A stretch of 64,000 nt of DNA from Bugula neritina (Eukaryota; Animalia; Bryozoa): NCBI GenBank assembly GCA_964035545.1, contig OZ037769.1, positions 4,507,929-4,571,928 of the forward strand, in the 5' to 3' direction. The first letter of the stretch is position 1. Every line of letters begins with the position of its first letter. Of the stretch, positions 35,701 to 49,532 are shown one piece after another. Position numbers and translations under genes: made by a program. The notes under the pieces are model-generated. The model was not told the DNA's origin. It did not search any database and saw only the letters and a program-made list of their open reading frames with translations.

Positions 35701-38700
35701 GTCATGGTGTAGCATAGAATGCAGTAAATGCTTTGGTGTAGATGCAGTAGAAGTAGTTAGTTGCCTGGAGATCAGAATTCTTAATTAGTAGCTGTACACC
35801 ACACCTTGCTCTGCACCAATAAATAGATTTTTCTTCAAAAGTTGCAAAGATATTTAGTTTCTTTTATTGAAAAATTTGTAATCTCAAAACAGTACAAAAT
35901 AGTCAACTTAGCAGCTTTCTTTGCATTCAAATAGAACCATGTTCAAAAGCCTGGCACATTATAGTCAATTTAACCCAAGCTTATCTTGCTCTAGCACTAT
36001 TCTCTTTCTGTTTCTGAGCATGGCACTGTAACAAGTATAAAAGCAAGTAATGTAATCTCCAATAACACTTCGTTAAAGCACTAAAAATATAGAATCAAGC
36101 TTGTAAAAATTTAGGCTCAATTCTATCACTTGGAACATTCCACTTGACGCATCCTTAATTCATGTGTAGTCTTTCTTTAGAGGTCATTGGTTAGCCGAAG
36201 TTTAATGACACTCCTTAATTGCAGGTTTCATGTCTTTAAAAACTTTACCAGTTGCATATAAGCTAGTACTTGGTAAAAGCTTTGCTATAACTAATAGGTT
36301 AATGTTCTGTGGTAAATTACGTTGCAACACCTGCAACATTTGCTTAACTTTTACTTCACTTTACTTTAACTTTACTTCAGCTTTTATACAATCACTAGCT
36401 TGTTAAAAATAAATTGCCTGCACTCTGAACCATATAATATAAATGTGCAGTCCTCATTATTAATACTTTAAGATTCTCTCATTAGGCGCTTTTCTGTAGT
36501 CACAAAACTATCTAAACCATTTCAAATTACGTATGTCGTTTAGTTGAATATATGTAGCTTCAAGTTGAATGCTTGAATTTATAAAAGAAATCTAAAAATT
36601 GAAGGTGGGATGTCAAAGCCTTCTATGTTCTGTCTCGGTTGCAATGGCCAATAAAAATTACATAACTTTGTTGTAACAACAAATTAAAATTCCTAAAGCT
36701 GAGTAATACCCAAAACAATCAATTATTTTTTGACTGTAATTATTGAGAAAAGTTAGAATGGGTGGAAAGTAACTGAGGAATGCTGGGAATGTCAGCATAC
36801 AATTAATGAATTCTTAGACTGGGAAGAAACGCTGACTTAAGAATGCTGACTTTATTAAACTCTCATTATGTGAGTCAGCGAGTCAGCTAGCTAAGATAAA
36901 TAGCATAGCAAGAGAAACCATTGAATAGTCTAAAGTTCATACATCTAAGCTACTTGTATAATAATTACATTGCATAATACATAGATAAACTTTACATCCC
37001 GTTTATTAGCTAGGAAAGCTAATGATTTTATTCCAAGTTTATAAACACTTGCTGTATAGACATCAGTTGCACAAAGCAAGGCTAGAAGTGTTGTTAATAA
37101 TGCCTCTACTACTAAGATATTAGGCTAAATTACTAAAAGCTGCATTTCGCACTATAACTAATTGCATTTTACTATAAGCTGCATATGTAAAGCAAAACTT
37201 TATAGCCAAATATATAGTAAAGAAGGTATACACAATAAGTTACATAAAAAAACACATATAAAAGATTTTAAGAATAAAAAGTAAAGAAAATGCCTATAAC
37301 GCTGTACATTTATTCCTCTTATTAGGCATTTTACACTATTTCAATTTCTTCTTTTCTTAGAATAGACCTCCTAATTTAAGCTTCTGGAATACTGCGTTGC
37401 CTAGCATGCTTTAGAACCTTGCAAAATCTAGCTTCCTAACTTTCTATCGCAGACTTTATTATTTCTATGGTTATAATTTTCTCCATTCTACATCCTATAA
37501 TACAGCTTTCCTTTCAGAAATATTAATTCTATAAAACTTTTATATTGTAATTATTGTTATATAAACTCGCATTAGATTTTGGCAAACAACCTGTTATATT
37601 ATTCAATGTTTCATTATTAATTGTTAATAATATAAAAAATGCATGTGAGGAAAAAGAGATGTCATCATAGACACCATCATTTCATCTCATTTTCACCTGT
37701 TAACTTTTATTACAATCTAATGAATACATCAATTATATACCAGGATTGTTTCAATTGTTGCAGCCTAATGTTGACAGTGTAATGTTGGCATTGTGCCAGT
37801 TTTAGCTTATATCGAAATTTATAATATGGTAATGGTCAGCAATGATTTTAAATAATAAGTGTTCTAATGTTTTTCAAACGACGGTCCCTAAGTGATTTGT
37901 TATACATGCTTTACTAGTTTGATAAATTTTAATTGCGGAAACTTTTTAGTGTAGATAAAATTAATGGCAAATTTTTGAGAGACCAATTTTTCAAACCCTA
38001 ATTTATTTGTTGCTAGGCATTAGAGGGATAACTCCATGGTAATGTTATAATGGGAAACAGTGTAAGCTTGCAACTGTTAATTTATATGACTTAACTTGCA
38101 TGTCTATCAATATGAGTAGAGCCAATGCTAAGACAACTTTATCTCTCCAGGGCCCTTCTGGAAATCCAGAGTTTGCCGTTAGATTTGATGTCAAGGATTT
38201 TAAACCAGAAGAGATCAATGTCTCTACCAAGAGCGGGAAACTCACAATTTCTGGTAAAATTCTAGAATATGTTATTTTTACATATCATATCTAACTTTAG
38301 ACAGTTTGATGGTTTTTACTTTTCAATAATTGAAAACGGTCAGTAACGCAATACATAAAATACTTGTGTTATGAAAAACGGCACTCTTTAAGGTTAAGTA
38401 TATAGTTTTATTTATTCTTGAAAAATTTGGATTTACTTTTTAAATGTAGATGTAAGACTAAAATTGCTACAGTAAGTTTTTGATTTGAATCTGATTTTAT
38501 TTCAGCAACACATGAGAAAAAAACTGGCAATTCTACTTCAAGACGTGAGTTCAAGAGAACTGTAGATGTGCCCAGTGACGTGCAGATTAGTCTCATGAGG
38601 TCTACGCTTTCGAGAGACGGAATACTCAGTATTACCGCACCAATCAGACCCCCCAACTATCTCCCGGGCACATCATCTGCCCTACAGTCTAACTCTCTTG

Positions 38701-40004
38701 TCACACAGCAGGTAAACTAGCAACTAAAATACTTGCCTTAGGACTGCATACTAATATTTTGGGCAAGATGCCTGTTTGTGTGTTAGTGACATAAAGCAGT
38801 GTTTTAATATATATTCGATTTACTTTACATTTTAATCAAAGTATCTGTATAACTTTTATTTTCAGAATCTTGGATCTGTAAAATATTTGAAAAATTGTTA
38901 GCAGAATAGAAATATTTCTTTTAAATGCAGTGATTAAAACTACTTTGGAAATTAAATTAAATTAATTGAATTGAATTGTATATGATGTCACAGCTTGCTG
39001 ATGTGTTAATATAACTTTTGATTTGGTGTAAGCAGTACACACTATGTTCTAGCATGCTAATGCCCTCAGCACCATGCCCTCAACTACAGTGGTTACCCAA
39101 CAGTCAAATGCCGGAGATGCCCTCAATTACAGCCTGTCCATTGCTGGATACAAACCAGAAGAAGTAAGTGAATCTTAACTCAATGTTCATAATTTAGGCT
39201 GTTTTTGGAGTAATAAAAAAACTCATGCACGTTTATCGTCGCCATCCCTGTGTTTTTGAAGTAATAAAAATTCAAAAAACTTGGAATTGTCTTTCCTAAT
39301 ATTTACAAACTGTAGCCTCAATCAACATACTTCGCCCCATTTTGTATTTGAAACAAAATCTATTTGTTGACTTTAGAATTGCATTAAAAGCTGTATCTGA
39401 ACTTTTAGAACATGGTTAAAAACATTTTTTTTGTAAATTCTGCTCCTGCATAACCACTGTTCTGCATATGAGAGCAGTTATTAGATTTGTGTGTCAATTG
39501 TATGAGGAACTGACTTACAACATTTACAATGAGTGCATAATAAACATTTTACATTACATCAACATTGCAAAAATTACTATACAATACATGCTATAAAAGT
39601 AAAAATAGTTTTAATTCAAGCATAGAATAAGTTATGTTTATCAGCAAAGCAGCTTGAACATTATAATGACATCATACTTAACTACCCCCTCAAATATTTT
39701 AAACTATTTGTTAATAATTCGATGTTTCTAATTCTTTTTGTTACCATAATATTTATGTTATTAGGTGTCTGTGAGTGTTGAAGGAAGAAAAGTCGTAGTA
39801 AAAGCCAAACACGAAGAAAATTCTGGAGGCCGAAAAGTTCACAATGAAATGACGAAATCGTTTGACTTGCCCCCTAGTGTCGACTCCCACCACGTCCGAA
39901 GTTATATCAAAGATGGCAACACGCTTTACATTGAGGCAGCACTCCGAGACGACCTTGCTGGAAAAATACATCTCGTACCAGTTACACATAAATATGTACG
40001 ATAA
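32711..40004 (+). CDS. Small heat-shock protein (HSP20 family) with two alpha-crystallin domains (p40/major-egg-antigen-like); long isoform ~453 aa, short isoform from ATG 34017 ~304 aa
   Basis: Exons: 32711-33146, 34006-34250, candidate micro-exon 35286-35306, 38151-38253, 38506-38711, 39053-39163, 39765-40004, all in phase. ACD1 FAVRFDVKDFKPEEINV...REFKRTVDVP...STLSRDGILSITAP; ACD2 YSLSIAGYKPEEVSV...KSFDLPPSVD...DGNTLYIEA. IXI-type motifs IPV (N-term) and VPV (C-term). Confidence 0.9.
33518..33666 (+). mobile_element. ~150-bp MITE with 22-bp TIRs, TA flanks
   Basis: TA|ggtgcagtaatggagaaattga ... tcaatttctccattactgctcc|TA. Confidence 0.85.
34362..34522 (-). mobile_element. Second copy of ~150-bp MITE, opposite orientation
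   Basis: agtgcagtagtggagaaatt ... tcaatttattccctactgcacc; internal tttgctacatttcta is the reverse complement of tagaaatgtagcaaa in the 33518 copy. Confidence 0.8.
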
Positions 40005-41553
40005 ACATTTGTACTACAGAGATAAGACATTCATTATATGACTATTGAGAAATTGTCCCCTCAATATTATTATTACAAGAATGAGCATTAAACTTTCTTT
40101 TTATTTGCTGTTAGTATAGGTATGTAGTGGTGGCTAAATACTGCTGATTTAAATTCTTTTATATTATACATTTTGCTGACTTTCTTGTGCTTAAATCTAT
40201 TGTAGTGACTCACAAATTCTTAGAAACAACATTTTGTTTATATTTTATTGCGTGCAGTAAAATTATTTAATGTATACTTGTGTATTAAAATATTATAAGT
40301 GATAGTTTAAAAAATTTAATATAATTTTAGTGCTACCTTAAAATGGGAAATGATATTTTATTTATATTATCATGTGTGTGTTGCTATAATACCAACTCTA
40401 TTCTTTGGTTTAAATGTATGCTCTTTGGATGATTCAACTGAGAGTTAATGCAAATGCAGTCATTTAATGCTGAGTATTAAAATTAACTATTAAATAAAAA
40501 GCTACAAAATATTTAAATTTTGAAATTGTTTAGATAAGTATTTATTCGGGTACAAAAATTTACATTTTTCTAATTTAACGTCTATGATATTTTATATACT
40601 GATATAGGGATATCATCTATGGTGTCATATCATATCATAATTAATTCTCTAAGTGCTTTAATATTAACATGCTAGTGCATTTCAATCTATAAATGTTCTC
40701 TTCTAATAGTCAAATTTTAAACCTACATGTATAGTATAGTCCATTTTAGTAGCTAATTTTTGATAGGTAAAGTAAAATGCTGTCTGACAACATCTAATTG
40801 AATGCTTTTAACAAAACAAGCATCGGCCACTTTAAGTTAAATCATTAGTTTTTAATAAAATTTCTATCTGTCCATGCAAGTTAACTAACTTCTGATAGCA
40901 TATTTGCACTACAAACTGAACACAGCAAGTATTTTGTTATTTTGTTTACGTTATGCTTCAATATAATAATTTAATTCAAAATGTTTATAAAGTAGACCCA
41001 TGATATTATAAAGGGATTTCGTCTCAACTAGGAATGTTTATTTTTGAAATTATGAAAACTTAGTTTTCAATCAATCACAAACCAATATTTAGAAATTCAT
41101 TACGTTATAAACCATCATTGAAATATTACAATTCTAAAACTGCTTTTCCTAAAACGTTTATGATAGCTGATCATATCTGTTTATTTTTGTGTAATTGAAA
41201 AAGCCATCTGTTTTACTCACCTTTTTATATTATATTATTCTGTAACACATGCTGCGCGTCTGTAGCCCACCGCATGCAAATTTGGCTGTCAAATGGCAAC
41301 AGAATGTTACAGATCCTATCATTAAAAAGCCATTGGCTGATAGTTGCAGCACCCTTTTTTAAAAATCCCAGGAGTTCACGAGAAGCTGAAAATCTATTAA
41401 AATTACAAACTGCATTGTTTAAACAAAATATCAGGTAAGCTTATAGCTAATGATAATATGATATTATTTATATATTTAGGGTCATTTGTGGTTATATTGC
41501 TGGTAGCTGTGGTGTTGAGTTGGCATTGGTATGATTTGTATATAATTCACTTG

Positions 41554-41567
41554 GTTACTATAGCAAC
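41554..41567. promoter_or_regulatory. RFX X-box near the putative start of the uncharacterised gene
   Basis: GTTACTATAGCAAC, 120 bp after a strong donor CAG|GTAAGC (41434/41435). Half-site ATGGCAAC at ~41293. Confidence 0.55.
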
Positions 41568-42662
41568 TAAGTAAACATACTAGACTTGGTAATGTCAATT
41601 CTTGATGGTTAATATTTTATAGAAAAGTGTTTCATCAAAAGCTGTTATTGGTTTGTCTTATAAAAGTAATGATCTTTTTGTCTTTGCTTTTTGAACTCAT
41701 CTTACAAAAGACAGTATTGTTTTCCCATTATGTCGAAAATAATTAGTTGATACTATTGTCACCTTAAAGTTTTAGACTTGCGAGCTCAAACATCAGTAAT
41801 AAGATATAATGCTACAGTCACAAGTTCAATGAGTTCCTTATGTAATGGCATTATCTTTGTATGATTTCTTTATTTGCATTTTTATAAGAAAAATCAATAT
41901 AACCATTGTTGGCTAATTATTTGCATAAGTTGGACCCAATTTCGTACCATGTCTATTTAACTCTATATGCTTCAACTCTAATAGTTCAAGATGAAAAATA
42001 TTAACGTATGCATGATAATAGCCAAAGTTCTTATTCATTAGCCCAATTAAGGTATTCTCTTTACGAGCATGTTTGTGAGTAGCTTGAGAATAAATCTGAA
42101 ATACAGAATTGATCGGACTAAATTTTTTATGGTTTTTTTTTGAAGAAATATTTTCGTAAAATCATTTTTACCCTGGCCTCTCAACACAGCTGCAGAATGA
42201 TGTTTCATAAATAATGTTTCTAGCTATATTGTGCCTACAGCAGTGTAAACTTTGACATTATTGAGCCTGCTATGACGTCTACATGCATTATGTATATGTC
42301 AGGGCCATTAAGAACAATAGTTCGTTCCCATACTCCTTACAAATATAAAGAATAGATCATATTAAGGTGATCAATATTGCCTAAACAAATTATTTTCTTT
42401 CAAACCTTATATTAATTACAGGTAAGTGAATACAACAATAACTGTCAGCATATAAAGTGGTGGGGCTTTCATTAGCTTCTCTACAATAAATTCATAATAA
42501 TACTGTTCTATTTGAGAAACAAACTTCAGGAGCTGAGCTGTCTGCCTACAAGTTGAGGTATTTTAATAAATATACTTGGATAGCAGTTTGGGAGTGTTGG
42601 AAGATTTAATTAAAACTCAAAGACAAAAGAACTCAGTGAAGGATGATCAGCCTTTCAGTGCA

Positions 42663-45600
42663 ATGAATCAGAAAAATACACTTGATTATCAATATGACTT
42701 GATTTCAAGTCCTATGATGATCAATAGAATTGTTCAAAAGATGTTGCTACCGAGTATTAGTTCGGATACTGTAGTAGCACAGTATAGCGCTAGCAGCTGT
42801 GATATTGGAATAAACAGTCCAACTGATAGCTACTCTGACAGACGGGGTTTCTCTCGTACAGCCACTACTCTTCTGGATAAAAGTTTACCGGTGAAGGAAA
42901 TACAGAAGTACGAGGATGTAATTAAACTCAGAAACTCTACTCCAGTGAAACAGTGAGTAGCCAATTGTAAGGCAAAGAGTTTATTTAACAAATTTGTAAA
43001 TAGGGATTAGTCTTCAAGGGTCAACTTATATATAGGAGTAAGGAGCTAATATAGAAACTTGTAATCACTATTTTCCTTTATACATTATTTGAAGCTATAG
43101 TTGGTTTCTGGTTAACCAATATGTCCGAGCTATGTGAGAGAGTAACAGGTTTTTAAGAGTCACAGTTTTAGTGACTAATTTTAGTAAAAAACATTCTAAT
43201 ATGCTCATTTGGTTATTTGGTGACAGTAACAGAAATATTTCAGCACCTACAGTTCACTTCTTAAAAATATATTGAATAACCAGTCAACTTTGAGCTATTC
43301 TGTCCAAATACATTGCCTAAAACTTAAAAATTTTCCGTACTTTGCTACTCGGGAATAATAATATTATGATTGTATTATATAAATTCAGTTTATTTTACAT
43401 AATAATTTTTTCGTTATATATACATGTATATAGCAAAAAATTCCCAGAATCTTGACTATGAGTGCTATTTTTATCCCCCTTTGTTGCTACACAATATAAT
43501 AATACTAATTAGTTGAGGAACTTCCTTGTATTCCTCGTCAACAATGTTGCAGTTTTCAATAGCATAAGTATATAATAATACCCATCTTCACTATGACAAC
43601 TGGCAAAGGAAAAGTGTGAGTAAAATAATATAATCAATTGGATTATTTCTTTTTAATACAAATACAAGATTAAAACTGGCAATGCTGGCTGAAGTAGTTG
43701 ATTCAACTAAGTAATCTCTTTGATAAAATTATGCTAAGCAAAAGCAGTAGTTCAAGAGTGATTTATGACTGCAGGTGCTCTCTCTTTGCTCTCCCTTTAT
43801 TCATGTAAACTACACATTCAATGGCAGTGGTTATTAAATGCCAAATCTTATGACACCATGTGAGGTAGTTTAAAAATTAGCTTTATTTGAGTTAATTTTA
43901 ATCACAGTTTAATGGATTAGGTTTACACTATAAATATTTACATTGGTGATTATATCTATATAATGTCTGCAAATAACAATGAACAATATCTATACAAGTG
44001 TCTGCAAGTCCCCATATTCTTTATATTAACCCCTGTGGTAGCTGTATATTATAATACTGTTTGCAGATACACTATATTATATTATGTGATAGTATATTAT
44101 AATGTATTATACTATATTATGTTATATTGTATTATATTATACTATATCATATTATATTATATGATATTATATTTTATTAAAATATTATACTATATTATAT
44201 TAAATTATATTATATTTTATTAAAATATTAAATTATATTATATTTTATTAAAATATTATATTATATTATATTTTATTAAAATATTATATTATATTATATT
44301 TTATTAAAATATTATATTATATTGTAATGTATAATATTATATTATACCTATTGTATAAAATAAAATATTTCTAACAAAATATCCCAACTGCTAGTTTAGT
44401 TAAATTTTATTAAAATTAATTCTGGAAAGAAAAACTTATTGAACAGAAAGGATATTTTCTAAAAATTGTAAATAGATGAATATAATATATTGCCAGTTAT
44501 GTATACTTTTCATGAATGATATAGTAATAGATACACTTGATAGAAGTCTTGTTTTGTTTTGCATGTTTGTAAAATAAATGTTGATTTTAATTTTAAAGAA
44601 CATATTATTAAGAAATCAGCTGTTAGCAGCTGCTATTGGCTGATCAACCAATAGCAGCTTTTTTTATAGCAGCTGCTATTGGTTGATCAAGATATCTGAC
44701 CCAAAATTAGTTAATACATATCTGTTTGTTATACTAGGACTGAAGAGCAAGAAAAATCAATATCACTATCCACATTGTGTAATCCTAACACATCTCACAA
44801 TAGAAAATACTTTTTCTATATATGCATAGTGTAATTTTGCCTGCTAATGTTTAGTTAGGCTATCGGCAAATGTTGAACAAATTTACTATGCAAATGCTCA
44901 TGTCCCTGTTACAAAGAGGCTTAAAAAATTTATGTACACAGCAAATTAATGAAAGAATGATAGCATAATGGTAAAATTACTCTCTTGATAAAGTATATAC
45001 TGCTATATTATTCTAACTATTTATAATATAATGAATTTAATTAGCCATAGAAGTGAAGGCAAGCTAAGTACAGTGGAAGGTTTTAGTTACTAGTGACTGC
45101 TATCTCAACAAAATGACGAGCTCTAATGTCTATTTGTTTGGTCATTCCAGGTTTGTTTAGTAGTTTATAATTTATAACTATTTTCATTTTACATCGCAAG
45201 ATATTAACTGTAGTGTTGAAATTTCCCCCCAGTAATATAAAAGGTTAACACGCTGGTTTGAAAGTTGAAAGTCAGAGACTTGAGTTTTGTTGGTGACAGG
45301 ATTCTTCACTTGTCATTAGTTAACAGCTTCATATACCTTATAAACACAACTAGATAGTATAGCTTCAAATAGATATCAGATTTTGTAAGTTTTATGTGTA
45401 ACTTTGAGATTTTTGACATTTTAAGATTAATTTTTCTTATTTCTGGTTAAGATGTGGTAATAAAGAGAGACGCATAATGTATATTGTGGTGTAATCAAGA
45501 TATTTTGTTCAAAAATTTAAAGATAAAATTAAAAATATCTAACAAATAGTAAACCTAACAAATATAATATTGATTATTATTAAACTTACTAAAAGACTTC

Positions 45601-48600
45601 ACAATTTTATTTTTTTCGACAAGATAATTGTTAGAATTAACAAAACAAATAATTTAGTATTTGATAAATTATTAGTGTTTACTACAATATTGCAAATCTG
45701 TAACAGAATTACATTAATTGCAAATAGTGTTGGTTCTATAAAACAATATTTGTAGTATAAGAAGTCGTTTTCTGATAAATGAAACAGTAATGCTTTAAAC
45801 CTGAAGTTTAGAAACCAATGCAAAAGACATTCAGTTCTTTGAATACGTACACTTTATTTTACAGAACAAAATTGTTCACTGATCAGTGATATACTACAAT
45901 ATCGTATTATAGTATAATTACCAATTACCAATGCATATATAAAATAGTGATTATTACACTTTTAGCATGACTGCATAATATTATATAGGATTAAAGTCCA
46001 AATACAGTGCAATAAATAAGTTTTTCAAATATATAACCATTAATAACCATCTTTTGTCACGCATAGTTTTGATCATGCATCATCCCACTGTGCTAATTCT
46101 CGGGAATTAAAGTTTTTTAGTTTATTCAGCATTTTACTCAACGAGCAACTTTAATACTATACACACTAGTGTATTGCTTAATACATGCAGAAGAGATTGC
46201 AAAATGCACTACACGCTGTAACGCCGACAAGCTTTGCAAATACAATGTTAACAATTTCAGAAATATCAAACCAGGATAAGTCCCAGCAGATTTAGGCTGT
46301 TTAAACTTTAAATAGACTAACTTGAATAATTGAATTTCCTATCCCCATTCTAGTTGTATTGATTAAATAGCTTGCTGTATCATAACTTATTTAATGAAGT
46401 GCATTAGTAGAGAAGATTAGCAAAATGATGTTGTATGTGTGATAATGCTGTGCGCATATGTAATATTGTAGCTTAATATTTGTCAACAGATTTTTGAAGT
46501 ATTTAAACAAACAGATGAATCCTCAAGTTGAACATGTCCATTTATTTCACGACTGCTGCAATTAGCATTTTGTATCTAATTTGAATATATAGGACAGACC
46601 CAAAGCTTTAGAATTAAAATTTGATAATTCCATTATACTTAATTTTGTGTCATAATAGTATGACGGAAAGGAATTATTGAATGCCTGTTTTGTGTTGAAG
46701 GTTGAGGGTGCAGAAAAGTGCTCCATCTAGCAGCTCTCGAGCTTTGACTGAGGAGGAAATATTGTCTCCCATTCAACGCTTTGGACGGGTGGGTTTCTTA
46801 TACTACACAGATGTCAGGTTTCTATCATGTGCATTCTGTACTACAGGAAATCATTTATAAGAAGCTCCGAGCTCTGGGTGACTGAGTGCAGTAGTTGGTA
46901 GCTCAAGTTTGGGGTTGGGGTTCAAAGTGCTAACCTAAACCACCAACTCCAAACTCAAGATCCCCAAACTACTGCACCTAGTCACCTCCAACTTGAAGCT
47001 GCTTATAGAAAGATCTGTACAACAGGTTTGCGTATGCTGTAGGTCTCTGTGTACTCCGGCCCTCTTCACAACGACAGAATGGGAGAAGAAGACGGGACGC
47101 AAAGTACAGCTTCCCTCGCAGATAGGCTAGCTAATGCAAGGATGATGCAGAAAAGTGGCTATACTTGGGATCAAGCAGGAAGCTGTGCTAAAATAAGGTA
47201 ATTCTTATTAAAAATTGGTTGAAGAAAATGGAGGGACACCCATGCCTACCACCCTCACTTTGATCACGCTGGATACAAGCTTCCAACTAACTTTTTATAT
47301 AAAGATCGAGAGCACAGCTTTATGTACAAATAAATGATGCAAACAAATTATAAACATATTATGCATATATTTTATAGTGATTGCATCCTATATTTACACA
47401 GGGAGTTGTGCCCGTTTTTCTTCTTTCTATGTTAAATAACTTTACCCACAATACACCACTATTCACATCATGAAAATGCTTCTTCTGACATATGCCGATG
47501 CAAACTAAACCACATGCCATTTTCATCAGCTAGCATTATAAAACTCAACAGTTATTCTCTCTCAACCAACTTGCTTTATTTAATGGTAATTGTATGCGAT
47601 TACGAAAATATGTTTGACCAATGTTTTGCAAAGTTGGCTAAACTATCTATCTTCCAAAACTTAAATTTGATGCTTAATTTTAAATGCAATTTATTTAAAA
47701 CAAAAGTTGTTTTACTGTCAAAGGTTTTTTCTACAATATAAGGTTCCACATGAGTTGCTTCTGAGTTCGCAATACAATTTCTATAACATTTTCAGATGAA
47801 AAATGTGTCACCATAATTCATTGATTATATCCTCTAATTGACAAAATTATAGAAACTTTGACTGCATTGAAAGACTTGCACATTATCTATTCTAACTATT
47901 ATAGTTTTAAGAAAATCGCATTTAAATAATTAATCGAATTTTGTATGGCTGACTAATTATGATAGATCTTTGTATTCGTTATTTTTAGACTTGGTGATGG
48001 TGCAATTCTTCAAAATTTGTATCCAAGTAATTCTCACATAAAACTAAGGTCTGGTGAAATTGTTAGAATTGACACGTACTACAAGAAAATGCTGGAGAGT
48101 GAAGAGATACTTGCAGAAGTGTCCATGATCAAAGAGTACGAGTATAACCAGTGGGCTAGGACCAAACCTCTAAACCCCAGAGACTACGAAAATTCTAAAC
48201 CAATACATTCAGATAAACTCGAAAGTAAATGTCTTCAGCCATCTTGGTATACAACAAAGCAAAACAACTCTTCGACTGCTTTGGGCATGAAAAACCCACT
48301 GTTTTCATATGAAGATCTGGTTCGTAAGTTCTCTCAACCAAAATTTTTAAAGCGAATGGGATTCATTGACAGTGAAAAAGATTTCAACCCAATACAAATT
48401 ACACTCCCGGATGAGGAAAATATGGAGTGTTCTCAAGTTAAAGAATGTCCACGACTGGAAGTAGATCAAAATATTACGCCTGCTGCTTCAAACGAAGAAG
48501 CAGATTTAGAGTTGCATCCCCCTGGAAATAATTATGACAAAACGGAGTTGTCTCTCCCTGAACCAGAAGATGGAGGAGAAGCGAGTGAGAGTGAGGAACT

Positions 48601-49192
48601 ATTATCTGATGACGAAGAGTACCAGACTGAACCTGATATACTAATAAACATTCCACCAGAACGAATCCCAAGCTCTAAACGGTCTACTCGCCAAAAGCTC
48701 TCTTTGTACAAAGACGACAATATGATCAGCAGCAGCAAAACTGCTTTGGTAGAGATTAACCTTAATCAGAGTGTAGAAAAAGAAATTTCTTCAAATAACC
48801 TCGTAAGTGGGAAAGACAGTGACAGATTTAAAATGCCATTACCCACCGTAAAGTTAACTGATAGTTTGGCAAATCAAAGAAAGCTAGGTGCTAATCTGTC
48901 GTCCGAGCAGAGATATAGTAAATCAAAAACTTTCCACGCAAAGACTTTTAGGAAAGAAACTCAGAAATTTGACTTTCCACTAAAGTTACATTACGCTGAT
49001 CGGAAGAGTGTTAAGTTTTCACAGCCTATTTGCTTATGTCCAAAGCTGTCAAAAGAAACACTCAACAGTCTACAAGCCCCCACAATAAACAAATATTATA
49101 TGAAACAAAACTATGGCCTCAACAGATGTCAGCTTCATAATATTTCCCGAAATTCTAGGTCCAGAGACAAGATAATTCTAAAGTCATTATGA
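42663..49192 (+). CDS. Uncharacterised protein, ~578 aa, 4 coding exons, largely low-complexity/disordered
   Basis: Exons 42663-42952, 46701-46788, 47043-47197 and 47989-49192 join in frame through GT-AG introns (phases 2,0,2). 1.2-kb terminal coding exon; AATAAA at 49237. No domain recognised. Start codon uncertain because the frame is open back to ~42576. Confidence 0.75.
44070..44345. repeat. (ATATT)n-based AT-rich mini/microsatellite
   Basis: Long attat/atatt run with higher-order unit attttattaaaatattatattatattat. Confidence 0.92.
46856..47007. repeat. Long imperfect inverted repeat (foldback/MITE-like) filling a short intron
   Basis: ~68-bp arms tataagaagctccgagctctgggtgactgagtgcagtagttgg... 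and ...ccaaactactgcacctagtcacctccaacttgaagctgcttata around a short loop. Confidence 0.8.
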
Positions 49193-49532
49193 TAAAATAC
49201 TTTTGATATTGAAATGTAATATGTTAAAATAGCTTTAATAAATGCTTATTTTTATAAAAAAAAAGTACACTGTATAATTATTCATAATTTATTCTAATAA
49301 AATTATGTATATATTGCATAATAACATTGTATAGTTTTGCTAACAATGCAATTTTAGACTCATGTCTTGAGTGCTAAATTAAAAATGCTAATGACAAAAC
49401 GATTATTATGCCCATTATTTGCTATCGCATTCAGTAGATTTTATTGTTTCAAATAGACTAGCTGTTTAGATTATACTAAACGTTGCAGGGAAATAACTGC
49501 TAATAAGATGTTGAATCATTATATATATACGT

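Noticed and set aside
43963-44223. Tyr/Ile-rich ORF (similar ones at 49508-49744 and 59861-60064)
   Set aside because: Simple-repeat translations.
46190-46280. Exon-like open stretch in the uncharacterised gene's long intron
   Set aside because: No usable GT donor before the stops, and the gene model is in phase without it.
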